Shown in pieces: positions 1-12,900 of a stretch of DNA of 64,000 bases. Position numbers and translations under genes: made by a program. The stretch is from Eledone cirrhosa (Eukaryota): the NCBI GenBank assembly GCA_964016885.1, contig OZ024743.1, forward strand, positions 138,384,001-138,448,000. Reading direction: 5' to 3'. Under the pieces are notes generated by a model that saw only the letters and a program-made list of their open reading frames with translations, ran no database searches and was not told the origin of the DNA. The stretch's first letter is position 1; the number at the start of each line of letters is the position of its first letter.

Positions 1-25
1 GTTTTTGGTGCTTGGTGCTTGGTGT

Positions 26-2880
26 TTGGTGTTTGGTGCTTGCTGCTGGCTGCTTGGTGCTTGGTGATTGGTGCTTGGTGTTTGGTGCTTGGTGTTTGGT
101 GTTTGGTGCTAGGTGCTTGGTGCTTGGTGTTTGGTGCTTGGTGCTTGGTGTTTGGTGTTTGGTGTTTGGTGCTTGGTGCTTGGTGTTTGGTGCTTGGTGC
201 TTGGTGCTGGGTGGTTGGTGTTTGGTGCTTGGTGTTTGGTGCTGGGTGCTTGGTGTTTGGTGCTTGGTGCTTGGTGTTTGGTGCTTGGTGTTTGGTGTTT
301 GGTGCTTTGTGCTTGGTGTTTGGTGCTTGGTGCTTGGTGTTTGGTGCTTGGTGCTTAGTGTTTGGTGCTAGGTGCTTGGGGTTTGGTGTTTGGTGCTTGG
401 TGTTTGGTGCTTGGTGCTTGGTGTTTGGTGTTTGGTGTTTGGTGCTTGGTGCTTGGTATTTGGTGTTTACTGTTTGCTGTTTGGTGTTTGTTGTTTGGTG
501 TTTGTTGTTTGGTGTTTGCTGTTTGGTGTTTGCTGCTTGGTGTTTGGTGCTTGGTGCTTGATGCTTGGTGTTTTGTGTTTGGTGCTTGGTGCTTGGTGTT
601 TGGTGCTTGGTGCTTGGTTCTAGGTGTTTGTACTTAGTGCTTGGTGTTTGGTGCTTGGTGCTTGGTGCTTGGTGTTTGGTGTTTGGTGCTTGTTTCTTGG
701 TGCTTGGAGTTTGGTGTTTGGTGATTGTTGCTTGGTGTTTGGTGCTTGGTGCTTTGTGCTTGGTGTTTGGTGTTTGCTGCTTGGTGTTTGGTGCTTGGTG
801 CTTGGTGCTTGGTGTTTTGAGTTTGGTGCTTGGTGCTTGGTGTTTGGTGCTTGGTGCTTGGTGCTTGGTGTTTGTACTTGGTGCTTGGTGCTTGGTGTTT
901 GGTTCTTGGTTCTTGGTGTTTGGTACTTGGTGCTTGGTGCTTGGTGCTTGGTGTTTGGTGCTTGGTGTTTGGTGCTTGTTGCTTGGTGTTTGGTGCTTGG
1001 TGTTTGGTGTTTGGTGCTTTGTGCTTGGTGTTTGGTGTTTGGTGTTTGCTGTTTGCTGTTTGGTGTTTGGTGTTTGCTGTTTGCTGTTTGGTGTCTGCTT
1101 TTTGGTGTTTGGTGTTTGCTGTATGGTGTTTGCTGTTTTGGTGTTTGGTGTTTGCTGTATGGTGTTTGGTCTTTGGTGCTTGGTGTTTGGTGCTTGGTGC
1201 TTGGTGTTTGGTGTTTGGTGCTTGGTGTTTGGTGTTTGGTGTTTGGTGCTTGGTGCTTGGTGCTTGGTGTTTGGTGTTTGGTGTTTGGTGCTTGGTGTCT
1301 GGTGCTTGGTGCTTGGTGTTTGGTGCTTGGTGTTTGGTGTTTGGTGTTTGGTGCTTGGTGCTTGGTGTTTGGTGTTTGGTGCTTGGTGTTTGGTGTTTGG
1401 TGCTTGTTGCTTGGTGCTTGGTGCTTGGTGTTTGGTGCTTGGTGCTTGGTGTTTGGTGCTTGCTGCTGGCTGCTCGGTGCTTGGTGATTGGTGCTTGGTG
1501 TTTGGTGCTTGGTGTTTGGTGTTTGGTGCTAGGTGCTTGGTGCTTGGTGTTTGGTGCTTGGTGCTTGGTGTTTGGTGTTTGGTGTTTGGTGCTTGGTGCT
1601 TGGTGTTTGGTGCTTGGTGCTTGGTGCTGGGTGGTTGGTGTTTGGTGCTTGGTGTTTGGTGCTGGGTGCTTGGTGTTTGGTGCTTGGTGCTTGGTGTTTG
1701 GTGCTTGGTGTTTGGTGTTTGGTGCTTTGTGCTTGGTGTTTGGTGCTTGGTGCTTGGTGTTTGGTGCTTGGTGCTTAGTGTTTGGTGCTAGGTGCTTGGG
1801 GTTTGGTGTTTGGTGCTTGGTGTTTGGTGCTTGGTGCTTGGTGTTTGGTGTTTGGTGTTTGGTGCTTGGTGCTTGGTATTTGGTGTTTACTGTTTGCTGT
1901 TTGGTGTTTGTTGTTTGGTGTTTGTTGTTTGGTGTTTGCTGTTTGGTGTTTGCTGCTTGGTGTTTGGTGCTTGGTGCTTGATGCTTGGTGTTTTGTGTTT
2001 GGTGCTTGGTGCTTGGTGTTTGGTGCTTGGTGCTTGGTTCTAGGTGTTTGTACTTAGTGCTTGGTGTTTGGTGCTTGGTGCTTGGTGCTTGGTGTTTGGT
2101 GTTTGGTGCTTGGTTCTTGGTGCTTGGAGTTTGGTGTTTGGTGATTGTTGCTTGGTGTTTGGTGCTTGGTGCTTTGTGCTTGGTGTTTGGTGTTTGCTGC
2201 TTGGTGTTTGGTGCTTGGTGCTTGGTGCTTGGTGTTTTGAGTTTGGTGCTTGGTGCTTGGTGTTTGGTGCTTGGTGCTTGGTGCTTGGTGTTTGTACTTG
2301 GTGCTTGGTGCTTGGTGTTTGGTTCTTGGTTCTTGGTGTTTGGTACTTGGTGCTTGGTGCTTGGTGCTTGGTGTTTGGTGCTTGGTGTTTGGTGCTTGTT
2401 GCTTGGTGTTTGGTGCTTGGTGTTTGGTGTTTGGTGCTTTGTGCTTGGTGTTTGGTGTTTGGTGTTTGCTGTTTGCTGTTTGGTGTTTGGTGTTTGCTGT
2501 TTGCTGTTTGGTGTCTGCTTTTTGGTGTTTGGTGTTTGCTGTATGGTGTTTGCTGTTTTGGTGTTTGGTGTTTGCTGTATGGTGTTTGGTCTTTGGTGCT
2601 TGGTGTTTGGTGCTTGGTGCTTGGTGTTTGGTGTTTGGTGCTTGGTGTTTGGTGTTTGGTGTTTGGTGCTTGGTGCTTGGTGCTTGGTGTTTGGTGTTTG
2701 GTGTTTGGTGCTTGGTGTCTGGTGCTTGGTGCTTGGTGTTTGGTGCTTGGTGTTTGGTGTTTGGTGTTTGGTGCTTGGTGCTTGGTGTTTGGTGTTTGGT
2801 GCTTGGTGTTTGGTGTTTGGTGCTTGTTGCTTGGTGCTTGGTGCTTGGTGTTTGGTGCTTGGTGCTTGGTGTTTGGTGCT
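26..2880 (+). repeat. Tandem higher-order repeat, 2 x 1420 bp (203 monomers each)
   Basis: Identical ORF pairs at a constant offset of 1420 (113/1533, 362/1782, 372/1792; starts 565/1985, 624/2044, 830/2250). Few differences (55 T vs 1475 C; 693 T vs 2113 G). 1420 = 203x7-1, explained by two 6-mers (TTGTAC at 628 and 872) and one 8-mer (1137-1144). Confidence 0.95.
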
Positions 2881-5800
2881 GGGTCCTGGGTGCTTGGTGT
2901 TTGGTGCTTGGTGCTTGGTGCTTGGTGTTTGGTGCTTGGTGCTTGGTGCTTGGTCTTTGGTGCTTGGTGTTTGCTGTTTGGTGCTTGGTGCTTGGTGCTT
3001 CGTGTTTGGTGCTTGGTGATTAGTGTTTGGTGCTTGGTTCTTGGTGTTTGGTGCTTGGTACTTGGTGTTTGGTGCTTGGTGTTTGGTGTTTGCTGTTTGG
3101 TGTTTGGTGTTTGGTGTTTGGTGTTTGGTGTTTGCTGTTTGGTGTCTGCTTTTTGGAGTTTGGTGTTTGCTGTATGGTGTTTGCTGTTTCGTGTTTAGTG
3201 TTTGCTGTTTGGTGTTTGGTGCTTGGTGCTTGGTGTTTGGTGCTTGGTGCTTGGTACTGGGTGGTTGGTGTTTGGTGCTTGGTGTTTGGTGCTGGGTGCT
3301 TGGTGTTTGGTGCTTGGTGCTTGGTGTTTGGTGCTTGGTGTTTGGTGTTTGGTGCTTGGTGCTTGGTGTTTGGTGCTTGGTGCCTGGTGTTTGGTGCTTG
3401 GTGCTTAGTGTTTGGTGCTAGATGCTTGGGGTTTGGTGTTTGGTGTTTGGTGTTTGGTGCTTGGTGCTTGGTATTTGGTGTTTGATGTTTGCTGTTTGGT
3501 GTTTGTTGTTTGGTGTTTGTTGTTTGGTGTTTGCTGTTTGGTGTTTGGTGTTTGGTGTTTGCTGTTTGGTGTCTGCTTTTTGGTGTTTGGTGTTTGCTGT
3601 ATGTTGTTTGCTGTTTGGTGTTTGGTGTTTGGTATTTGGTGTTTGGTGCTTGGTGCTTGGTGTTTGGTGCTTGGATCTTGGTGTTTGGTGCCTGGTGCTT
3701 GGTGCTTGGTGTTTGGTGTTTGGTGCTTGGTGCTTGGTGCTTGGAGTTTGGTGTTTGGTGCTTGTTGCTTGGTGTTTTGTGTTTGGTGTTTGGTTTTTGG
3801 TGCTTGGTGCTTGGTGCTTGGTCCTTGGTGTTTGGTGCTGGGTGCTTTGTGTTTGGTGCTTGGTGCTTGGTGCTTGGTGTTTGGTCTTTGCTGCTTGGTG
3901 TTTGGTGCTTGGTGCTTGGTGCTTGGTGTTTTGAGTTTGGTGCTTGGTGCTTGGTGTTTGGTGCTTGGTGCTTGGTGCTTGGTGTTTTGAGTTTGGTGCT
4001 TGGTGCTTGGTGTTTGGTGCTTGGTGCTTGGTGCTTGGTGTTTGGTTCTTGGTTCTTGGTGTTTGGTACTTGGTGCTTGGTGCTTGGTGTTTGGTGTTTG
4101 GTGCTTGGTGTTTGGTGCTTGTTGCTTGGTGTTTGGTGCTTGGTGTTTGGTGTTTGGTGCTTGGTGCTCGGTGTTTGGTGTTTGGTGTTTGCTGTTTGCT
4201 GTTTGGTGTTTGGTGTTTGCTGTTTGCTGTTTGGTGTCTGCTTTTTGGTGTTTGGTGTTTGCTGTTTGGTGTTTGGTCTTTGGTGTTTGGTTTTTGGTGC
4301 TTGGTGCTTGGTGTTTGGTGTTTGGTGCTTGCTGCTGGCTGCTTGGTGCTTGGTGATTGGTGCTTGGTGTTTGGTGCTTGGTGTTTGGTGTTTGGTGCTA
4401 GGTGCTTGGTGCTTGGTGTTTGGTGCTTGGTGCTTGGTGTTTGGTGTTTGGTGTTTGGTGCTTGGTGCTTGGTGTTTGGTGCTTGGTGCTTGGTGCTGGG
4501 TGGTTGGTGTTTGGTGCTCGGTGTTTGGTGCTGGGTGCTTGGTGTTTGGTGCTTGGTGCTTGGTGTTTGGTGCTTGGTGTTTGGTGTTTGGTGCTTGGTG
4601 CTTGGTGTTTGGTGATTGGTGCTTGGTGTTTGGTGCTTGGTGCTTAGTGTTTGGTGCTAGGTGCTTGGGGTTTGGTGTTTGGTGCTTGGTGTTTGGTGCT
4701 TGGTGCTTGGTGTTTGGTGTTTGGTGTTTGGTGCTTGGTGCTTGGTATTTGGTGTTTGCTGTTTGCTGTTTGGTGTTTGTTGTTTGGTGTTTGTTGTTTG
4801 GTGTTTGCTGTTTGGTGTTTGCTGTTTGGTGTTTGGTGCTTGGTGCTTGATGCTTGGTGTTTTGTGTTTGGTGCTTGGTGCTTGGTGTTTGGTGCTTGGT
4901 GCTTGGTGCTAGGTGTTTGTACTTGGTGCTTGGTGTTTGGTACTTGGTGCTTGGTGCTTGGTGTTTGGTGTTTGGTGCTTGGTTCTTGGTGCTTGGAGTT
5001 TGGTGTTTGGTGCATGTTGCTTGGTGTTTGGTGCTTGGTGTTTTGTGCTTGGTGTTTGGTGTTTGCTGCTTGGTGTTTGGTGCTTGGTGCTTGGTGCTTG
5101 GTGTTTTGAGTTTGGTGCTTGGTGCTTGGTGTTTGGTGCTTGGTGCTTGGTGCTTGGTGTTTGTACTTGGTGCTTGGTGCTTGGTGTTTGGTTCTTGGTT
5201 CTTGGTGTTTGGTACTTGGTGCTTGGTGCTTGGTGCTTGGTGTTTGGTGCTTGGTGTTTGGTGCTTGTTGCTTGGTGTTTGGTGCTTGGTGTTTGGTGTT
5301 TGGTGCTTGGTGCTTGGTGTTTGGTGTTTGGTGTTTGCTGTTTGGTGTTTGGTGCTTGGTGTTTGCTGTTTGCTGTTTGGTGTCTGCTTTTTGGTGTTTG
5401 GTGTTTGCTGTATGGTGTTTGCTGTTTTGGTGTTTGGTGTTTGCTGTTTGGTGTTTGGTCTGTGGTGCTTGGTGTTTGGTGCTTGGTGCTTGGTGTTTGG
5501 TGTTTGGTGCTTGGTGTTTGGTGTTTGGTGTTTGGTGCTTGGTGCTTGGTGCTTGGTGTTTGGTGTTTGGTGTTTGGTGCTTGGTGTCTGGTGCTTGGTG
5601 CTTGGTGTTTGGTGCTTGATGTTTGGTGTTTGGTGTTTGGTGCTTGGTGCTTGGTGTTTGGTGTTTGGTGCTTGGTGTTTGGTGTTTGGTGCTTGTTGCT
5701 TGGTGATTGGTGCTTGGTGTTTGGTGCTTGGTGCTTGGTGTTTGGTGCTGGGTGCTGGGTGCTTGGTGTTTGGTGCTTGGTGCTTGGTGCTTGGTGTTTG

Positions 5801-7133
5801 TTGCTTGGTGCTTGGTGCTTGGTCTTTGGTGCTTGGTGTTTGCTGTTTGGTGCTTGGTGCTTCGTGTTTGGTGCTTGGTGATTAGTGTTTGGTGCTTGGT
5901 GCTTGGGGTTTGGTGTTTGGTGCTTGGTGCTTGGTGTTTGGTGCTTGGTACTTGGTGTTTGGTTCTTGGTGTTTGGTGTTTGCTGTTTGGTGTTTGGTGT
6001 TTGGTGTTTGGTGTTTGCTGTTTGGTGTCTGTTTTTTGGTGTTTGGTGTTTGCTGTATGGTGTTTGGTGCTTGGTGCCTGGTGTTTGGTGCTTGGTGCTT
6101 GGTGCTGGGTGGTTGGTGTTTGGTGCTTGGTGTTTGGTGCTGGGTGCTTGGTGTTTGGTGCTTGGTGCTTGGTGTTTGGTGCTTGGTGTTTGGTGTTTGG
6201 TGCTTGGTGCTTGGTGTTTGGTGCTTGGTGCCTGGTGTTTGGTGCTTGGTGCTTAGTGTTTGGTGCTAGGTGCTTGGGGTTTGGTGTTTGGTGCTTGGTG
6301 TTTGGTGCTTGGTGCTTGGTGTTTGGTGTTTGGTGTTCGGTGCTTGGTGCTTGGTATTTGGTGTTTGATGTTTGCTGTTTGGTGTTTGTTGTTTGGTGTT
6401 TGTTGTTTGGTGTTTGCTGTTTGGTGTTTGGTGTTTGGTGTTTGCTGTTTGGTGTCTGCTTTTTGGTGTTTGGTGTTTGCTGTATGTTGTTTGCTGTTTG
6501 GTGTTTGGTGTTTGGTATTTGGTGTTTGGTGCTTGGTGCTTGGTGTTTGGTGCTTGGATCTTGGTGTTTGGTGCCTGGTGTTTGGTGTTTATTGCTTGTT
6601 GCTTGGTGCTTGGTGCTTGGTGTTTGGTGTTTGGTGCATGGGGTTTGGTGCTGGGTGCTTGGTGTTTGGTGCATGGTGCTTGGTGCTTGGTGTTTGGTGT
6701 TATATGCTTGGTGTTTGATGCTTGGTGCTTGGTGCTTGGTGTTTGGTGTTTGGTGCTTGGTGTTTGATGCTTGGTGTTTGATGCTTGGTGCTTGGTGCTT
6801 GGTGTTCGGTGCTTGGTGCTTGGTGTTTGTACTTGGTGCTTGGTGCTTGGTTCTTGGTGTTTGGTGCTTGGTGCTTGGTGCTTTGTGTTTGGTGCTTGGT
6901 GCCTGCTGCTTGGTGCTTGGTGTTTGGTGTTTGGTGTTTGGTGCTTGGTGTTAGGTGTTTGGTGCTTGGTGCTTGGTGTTTGGTGTTTGGTGCTTGGTGT
7001 TTGGTGCTTGGTGCTTGGTGTTTGGTGTTTGGTGCTTGGTGTTTGGTGCTTGGTACTTGGTGCTTGGTGCTTGGTGTTAGGTGTATGGTGCTTGGTGCTT
7101 GGTGTTTGGTTTTTGGTGCTTGGTGCTTGGTGT

Positions 7134-9967
7134 TTGGTGTTTGGTGCTTGCTGCTGGCTGCTTGGTGCTTGGTGATTGGTGCTTGGTGTTTGGTGCTTGG
7201 TGTTTGGTGTTTGGTGCTAGGTGCTTGGTGCTTGGTGTTTGGTGCTTGGTGCTTGGTGTTTGGTGTTTGGTGTTTGGTGCTTGGTGCTTGGTGTTTGGTG
7301 CTTGGTGCTTGGTGCTGGGTGGTTGGTGTTTGGTGCTTGGTGTTTGGTGCTGGGTGCTTGGTGTTTGGTGCTTGGTGCTTGGTGTTTGGTGCTTGGTGTT
7401 TGGTGTTTGGTGCTTTGTGCTTGGTGTTTGGTGCTTGGTGCTTGGTGTTTGGTGCTTGGTGCTTAGTGTTTGGTGCTAGGTGCTTGGGGTTTGGTGTTTG
7501 GTGCTTGGTGTTTGGTGCTTGGTGCTTGGTGTTTGGTGTTTGGTGTTTGGTGCTTGGTGCTTGGTATTTGGTGTTTACTGTTTGCTGTTTGGTGTTTGTT
7601 GTTTGGTGTTTGTTGTTTGATGTTTGCTGTTTGGTGTTTGCTGCTTGGTGTTTGGTGCTTGGTGCTTGATGCTTGGTGTTTTGTGTTTCGTGCTTGGTGC
7701 TTGGTGTTTGGTGCTTGGTGCTTGGTTCTAGGTGTTTGTACTTAGTGCTTGGTGTTTGGTGCTTGGTGCTTGGTGCTTGGTGTTTGGTGTTTGGTGCTTG
7801 GTTCTTGGTGCTTGGAGTTTGGTGTTTGGTGATTGTTGCTTGGTGTTTGGTGCTTGGTGCTTTGTGCTTGGTGTTTGGTGTTTGCTGCTTGGTGTTTGGT
7901 GTTTGGTGCTTGGTGCTTGGTGCTTGGTGTTTGGTGCTTGGTGCTTGGTGCTTGATGTTTGTACTTGGTGCTTGGTGCTTGGTGTTTGGTTCTTGGTTCT
8001 TGGTGTTTGGTACTTGGTGCTTGGTGCTTGGTGCTTGGTGTTTGGTGCTTGGTGTTTGGTGCTTGTTGCTTGGTGTTTGGTGCTTGGTGTTTGGTGTTTG
8101 GTGCTTTGTGCTTGGTGTTTGGTGTTTGGTGTTTGCTGTTTGCTGTTTGGTGTTTGGTGTTTGCTGTTTGCTGTTTGGTGTCTGCTTTTTGGTGTTTGGT
8201 GTTTGCTGTATGGTGTTTGCTGTTTTGGTGTTTGGTGTTTGCTGTATGGTGTTTGGTCTTTGGTGCTTGGTGTTTGGTGCTTGGTGCTTGGTGTTTGGTG
8301 TTTGGTGCTTGGTGTTTGGTGTTTGGTGTTTGGTGCTTGGTGCTTGGTGCTTGGTGTTTGGTGTTTGGTGTTTGGTGCTTGGTGTCTGGTGCTTGGTGCT
8401 TGGTGTTTGGTGCTTGGTGTTTGGTGTTTGGTGTTTGGTGCTTGGTGCTTGGTGTTTGGTGTTTGGTGCTTGGTGTTTGGTGTTTGGTGCTTGTTGCTTG
8501 GTGCTTGGTGCTTGGTGTTTGGTGCTTGGTGCTTGGTGTTTGGTGCTTGCTGCTGGCTGCTTGGTGCTTGGTGATTGGTGCTTGGTGTTTGGTGCTTGGT
8601 GTTTGGTGTTTGGTGCTAGGTGCTTGGTGCTTGGTGTTTGGTGCTTGGTGCTTGGTGTTTGGTGTTTGGTGTTTGGTGCTTGGTGCTTGGTGTTTGGTGC
8701 TTGGTGCTTGGTGCTGGGTGGTTGGTGTTTGGTGCTTGGTGTTTGGTGCTGGGTGCTTGGTGTTTGGTGCTTGGTGCTTGGTGTTTGGTGCTTGGTGTTT
8801 GGTGTTTGGTGCTTTGTGCTTGGTGTTTGGTGCTTGGTGCTTGGTGTTTGGTGCTTGGTGCTTAGTGTTTGGTCCTAGGTGCTTGGGGTTTGGTGTTTGG
8901 TGCTTGGTGTTTGGTGCTTGGTGCTTGGTGTTTGGTGTTTGGTGTTTGGTGCTTGGTGCTTGGTATTTGGTGTTTACTGTTTGCTGTTTGGTGTTTGTTG
9001 TTTGGTGTTTGTTGTTTGGTGTTTGCTGTTTGGTGTTTGCTGCTTGGTGTTTGGTGCTTGGTGCTTGATGCTTGGTGTTTTGTGTTTGGTGCTTGGTGCT
9101 TGGTGTTTGGTGCTTGGTGCTTGGTTCTAGGTGTTTGTACTTAGTGCTTGGTGTTTGGTGCTTGGTGCTTGGTGCTTGGTGTTTGGTGTTTGGTGCTTGG
9201 TTCTTGGTGCTTGGAGTTTGGTGTTTGGTGATTGTTGCTTGGTGTTTGGTGCTTGGTGCTTTGTGCTTGGTGTTTGGTGTTTGCTGCTTGGTGTTTGGTG
9301 CTTGGTGCTTGGTGCTTGGTGTTTTGAGTTTGGTGCTTGGTGCTTGGTGTTTGGTGCTTGGTGCTTGGTGCTTGGTGTTTGTACTTGGTGCTTGGTGCTT
9401 GGTGTTTGGTTCTTGGTTCTTGGTGTTTGGTACTTGGTGCTTGGTGCTTGGTGCTTGGTGTTTGGTGCTTGGTGTTTGGTGCTTGTTGCTTGGTGTTTGG
9501 TGCTTGGTGTTTGGTGTTTGGTGCTTTGTGCTTGGTGTTTGGTGTTTGGTGTTTGCTGTTTGCTGTTTGGTGTTTGGTGTTTGCTGTTTGCTGTTTGGTG
9601 TCTGCTTTTTGGTGTTTGGTGTTTGCTGTATGGTGTTTGCTGTTTTGGTGTTTGGTGTTTGCTGTATGGTGTTTGGTCTTTGGTGCTTGGTGTTTGGTGC
9701 TTGGTGCTTGGTGTTTGGTGTTTGGTGCTTGGTGTTTGGTGTTTGGTGTTTGGTGCTTGGTGCTTGGTGCTTGGTGTTTGGTGTTTGGTGTTTGGTGCTT
9801 GGTGTCTGGTGCTTGGTGCTTGGTGTTTGGTGCTTGGTGTTTGGTGTTTGGTGTTTGGTGCTTGGTGCTTGGTGTTTGGTGTTTGGTGCTTGGTGTTTGG
9901 TGTTTGGTGCTTGTTGCTTGGTGCTTGGTGCTTGGTGTTTGGTGCTTGGTGCTTGGTGTTTGGTGCT
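7134..9967 (+). repeat. Second instance of the ~1.4 kb tandem pair, nested in copy B of the 7.1 kb repeat
   Basis: ORF offset 1399 (7221/8620, 7470/8869, 7673/9072) = 1420 minus a 21-bp (3-monomer) deletion that removes the TTTGAGT marker near 7900. Confidence 0.9.
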
Positions 9968-12900
9968 GGGTGCTGGGTGCTTGGTGTTTGGTGCTTGGTG
10001 CTTGGTGCTTGGTGTTTGGTGCTTGGTGCTTGGTGCTTGGTCTTTGGTGCTTGGTGTTTGCTGTTTGGTGCTTGGTGCTTGGTGCTTCGTGTTTGGTGCT
10101 TGGTGATTAGTGTTTGGTGCTTGGTTCTTGGTGTTTGGTGCTTGGTACTTGGTGTTTGGTGCTTGGTGTTTGGTGTTTGCTGTTTGGTGTTTGGTGTTTG
10201 GTGTTTGGTGTTTGGTGTTTCCTGTTTGGTGTCTGCTTTTTGGAGTTTGGTGTTTGCTGTATGGTGTTTGCTGTTTCGTGTTTAGTGTTTGCTGTTTGGT
10301 GTTTGGTGCTTGGTGCTTGGTGTTTGGTGCTTGGTGCTTGGTACTGGGTGGTTGGTGTTTGGTGCTTGGTGTTTGGTGCTGGGTGCTTGGTGTTTGGTGC
10401 TTGGTGCTTGGTGTTTGGTGCTTGGTGTTTGGTGTTTGGTGCTTGGTGCTTGGTGTTTGGTGCTTGGTGCCTGGTGTTTGGTGCTTGGTGCTTAGTGTTT
10501 GGTGCTAGATGCTTGGGGTTTGGTGTTTGGTGTTTGGTGTTTGGTGCTTGGTGCTTGGTATTTGGTGTTTGATGTTTGCTGTTTGGTGTTTGTTGTTTGG
10601 TGTTTGTTGTTTGGTGTTTGCTGTTTGGTGTTTGGTGTTTGGTGTTTGCTGTTTGGTGTCTGCTTTTTGGTGTTTGGTGTTTGCTGTATGTTGTTTGCTG
10701 TTTGGTGTTTGGTGTTTGGTATTTGGTGTTTGGTGCTTGGTGCTTGGTGTTTGGTGCTTGGATCTTGGTGTTTGGTGCCTGGTGCTTGGTGCTTGGTGTT
10801 TGGTGTTTGGTGCTTGGTGCTTGGTGCTTGGAGTTTGGTGTTTGGTGCTTGTTGCTTGGTGTTTTGTGTTTGGTGTTTGGTTTTTGGTGCTTGGTGCTTG
10901 GTGCTTGGTCCTTGGTGTTTGGTGCTGGGTGCTTTGTGTTTGGTGCTTGGTGCTTCGTGCTTGGTGTTTGGTCTTTGCTGCTTGGTGTTTGGTGCTTGGT
11001 GCTTGGTGCTTGGTGTTTTGAGTTTGGTGCTTGGTGCTTGGTGTTTGGTGCTTGGTGCTTGGTGCTTGGTGTTTGGTTCTTGGTTCTTGGTGTTTGGTAC
11101 TTGGTGCTTGGTGCTTGGTGTTTGGTGTTTGGTGCTTGGTGTTTGGTGCTTGTTGCTTGGTGTTTGGTGCTTGGTGTTTGGTGTTTGGTGCTTGGTGCTC
11201 GGTGTTTGGTGTTTGGTGTTTGCTGTTTGCTGTTTGGTGTTTGGTGTTTGCTGTTTGCTGTTTGGTGTCTGCTTTTTGGTGTTTGGTGTTTGCTGTTTGG
11301 TGTTTGGTCTTTGGTGTTTGGTTTTTGGTGCTTGGTGCTTGGTGTTTGGTGTTTGGTGCTTGCTGCTGGCTGCTTGGTGCTTGGTGATTGGTGCTTGGTG
11401 TTTGGTGCTTGGTGTTTGGTGTTTGGTGCTAGGTGCTTGGTGCTTGGTGTTTGGTGCTTGGTGCTTGGTGTTTGGTGTTTGGTGTTTGGTGCTTGGTGCT
11501 TGGTGTTTGGTGCTTGGTGCTTGGTGCTGGGTGGTTGGTGTTTGGTGCTTGGTGTTTGGTGCTGGGTGCTTGGTGTTTGGTGCTTGGTGCTTGGTGTTTG
11601 GTGCTTGGTGTTTGGTGTTTGGTGCTTGGTGCTTGGTGTTTGGTGATTGGTGCTTGGTGTTTGGTGCTTGGTGCTTAGTGTTTGGTGCTAGGTGCTTGGG
11701 GTTTGGTGTTTGGTGCTTGGTGTTTGGTGCTTGGTGCTTGGTGTTTGGTGTTTGGTGTTTGGTGCTTGGTGCTTGGTATTTGGTGTTTGCTGTTTGCTGT
11801 TTGGTGTTTGTTGTTTGGTGTTTGTTGTTTGGTGTTTGCTGTTTGGTGTTTGCTGTTTGGTGTTTGGTGCTTGGTGCTTGATGCTTGGTGTTTTGTGTTT
11901 GGTGCTTGGTGCTTGGTGTTTGGTGCTTGGTGCTTGGTGCTAGGTGTTTGTACTTGGTGCTTGGTGTTTGGTACTTGGTGCTTGGTGCTTGGTGTTTGGT
12001 GTTTGGTGCTTGGTTCTTGGTGCTTGGAGTTTGGTGTTTGGTGCATGTTGCTTGGTGTTTGGTGCTTGGTGCTTTGTGCTTGGTGTTTGGTGTTTGCTGC
12101 TTGGTGTTTGGTGCTTGGTGCTTGGTGCTTGGTGTTTTGAGTTTGGTGCTTGGTGCTTGGTGTTTGGTGCTTGGTGCTTGGTGCTTGGTGTTTGTACTTG
12201 GTGCTTGGTGCTTGGTGTTTGGTTCTTGGTTCTTGGTGTTTGGTACTTGGTGCTTGGTGCTTGGTGCTTGGTGTTTGGTGCTTGGTGTTTGGTGCTTGTT
12301 GCTTGGTGTTTGGTGCTTGGTGTTTGGTGTTTGGTGCTTGGTGCTTGGTGTTTGGTGTTTGGTGTTTGCTGTTTGGTGTTTGGTGCTTGGTGTTTGCTGT
12401 TTGCTGTTTGGTGTCTGCTTTTTGGTGTTTGGTGTTTGCTGTATGGTGTTTGCTGTTTTGGTGTTTGGTGTTTGCTGTTTGGTGTTTGGTCTGTGGTGCT
12501 TGGTGTTTGGTGCTTGGTGCTTGGTGTTTGGTGTTTGGTGCTTGGTGTTTGGTGTTTGGAGTTTGGTGCTTGGTGCTTGGTGCTTGGTGTTTGGTGTTTG
12601 GTGTTTGGTGCTTGGTGTCTGGTGCTTGGTGCTTGGTGTTTGGTGCTTGGTGTTTGGTGTTTGGTGTTTGGTGCTTGGTGCTTGGTGTTTGGTGTTTGGT
12701 GCTTGGTGTTTGGTGTTTGGTGCTTGTTGCTTGGTGCTTGGTGCTTGGTGTTTGGTGCTTGGTGCTTGGTGTTTGGTGCTGGGTGCTGGGTGCTTGGTGT
12801 TTGGTGCTTGGTGCTTGGTGCTTGGTGTTTGTTGCTTGGTGCTTGGTGCTTGGTCTTTGGTGCTTGGTGTTTGCTGTTTGGTGCTTGGTGCTTCGTGTTT

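Noticed and set aside
205-220. GCTGGGTGG resembling the E. coli Chi site GCTGGTGG
   Set aside because: It is not an exact match and is explained by two adjacent variant monomers propagated with the module.
4644-6674. Minus-strand TKHQAPS-repeat ORFs (also 24509-26077, 52465-54228) as mucin-like or RNA polymerase II CTD-like heptad proteins
   Set aside because: The starts are chance CAT variants, there is no signal peptide or non-repeat domain, the DNA period is 7 rather than 21, and the heptad does not match YSPTSPS.
6698-6708. GTTATATGC as a TATA-like promoter element
   Set aside because: It parses as variant monomers (TTGGTGT TATATGC) copied with the higher-order unit, and there is no downstream gene.
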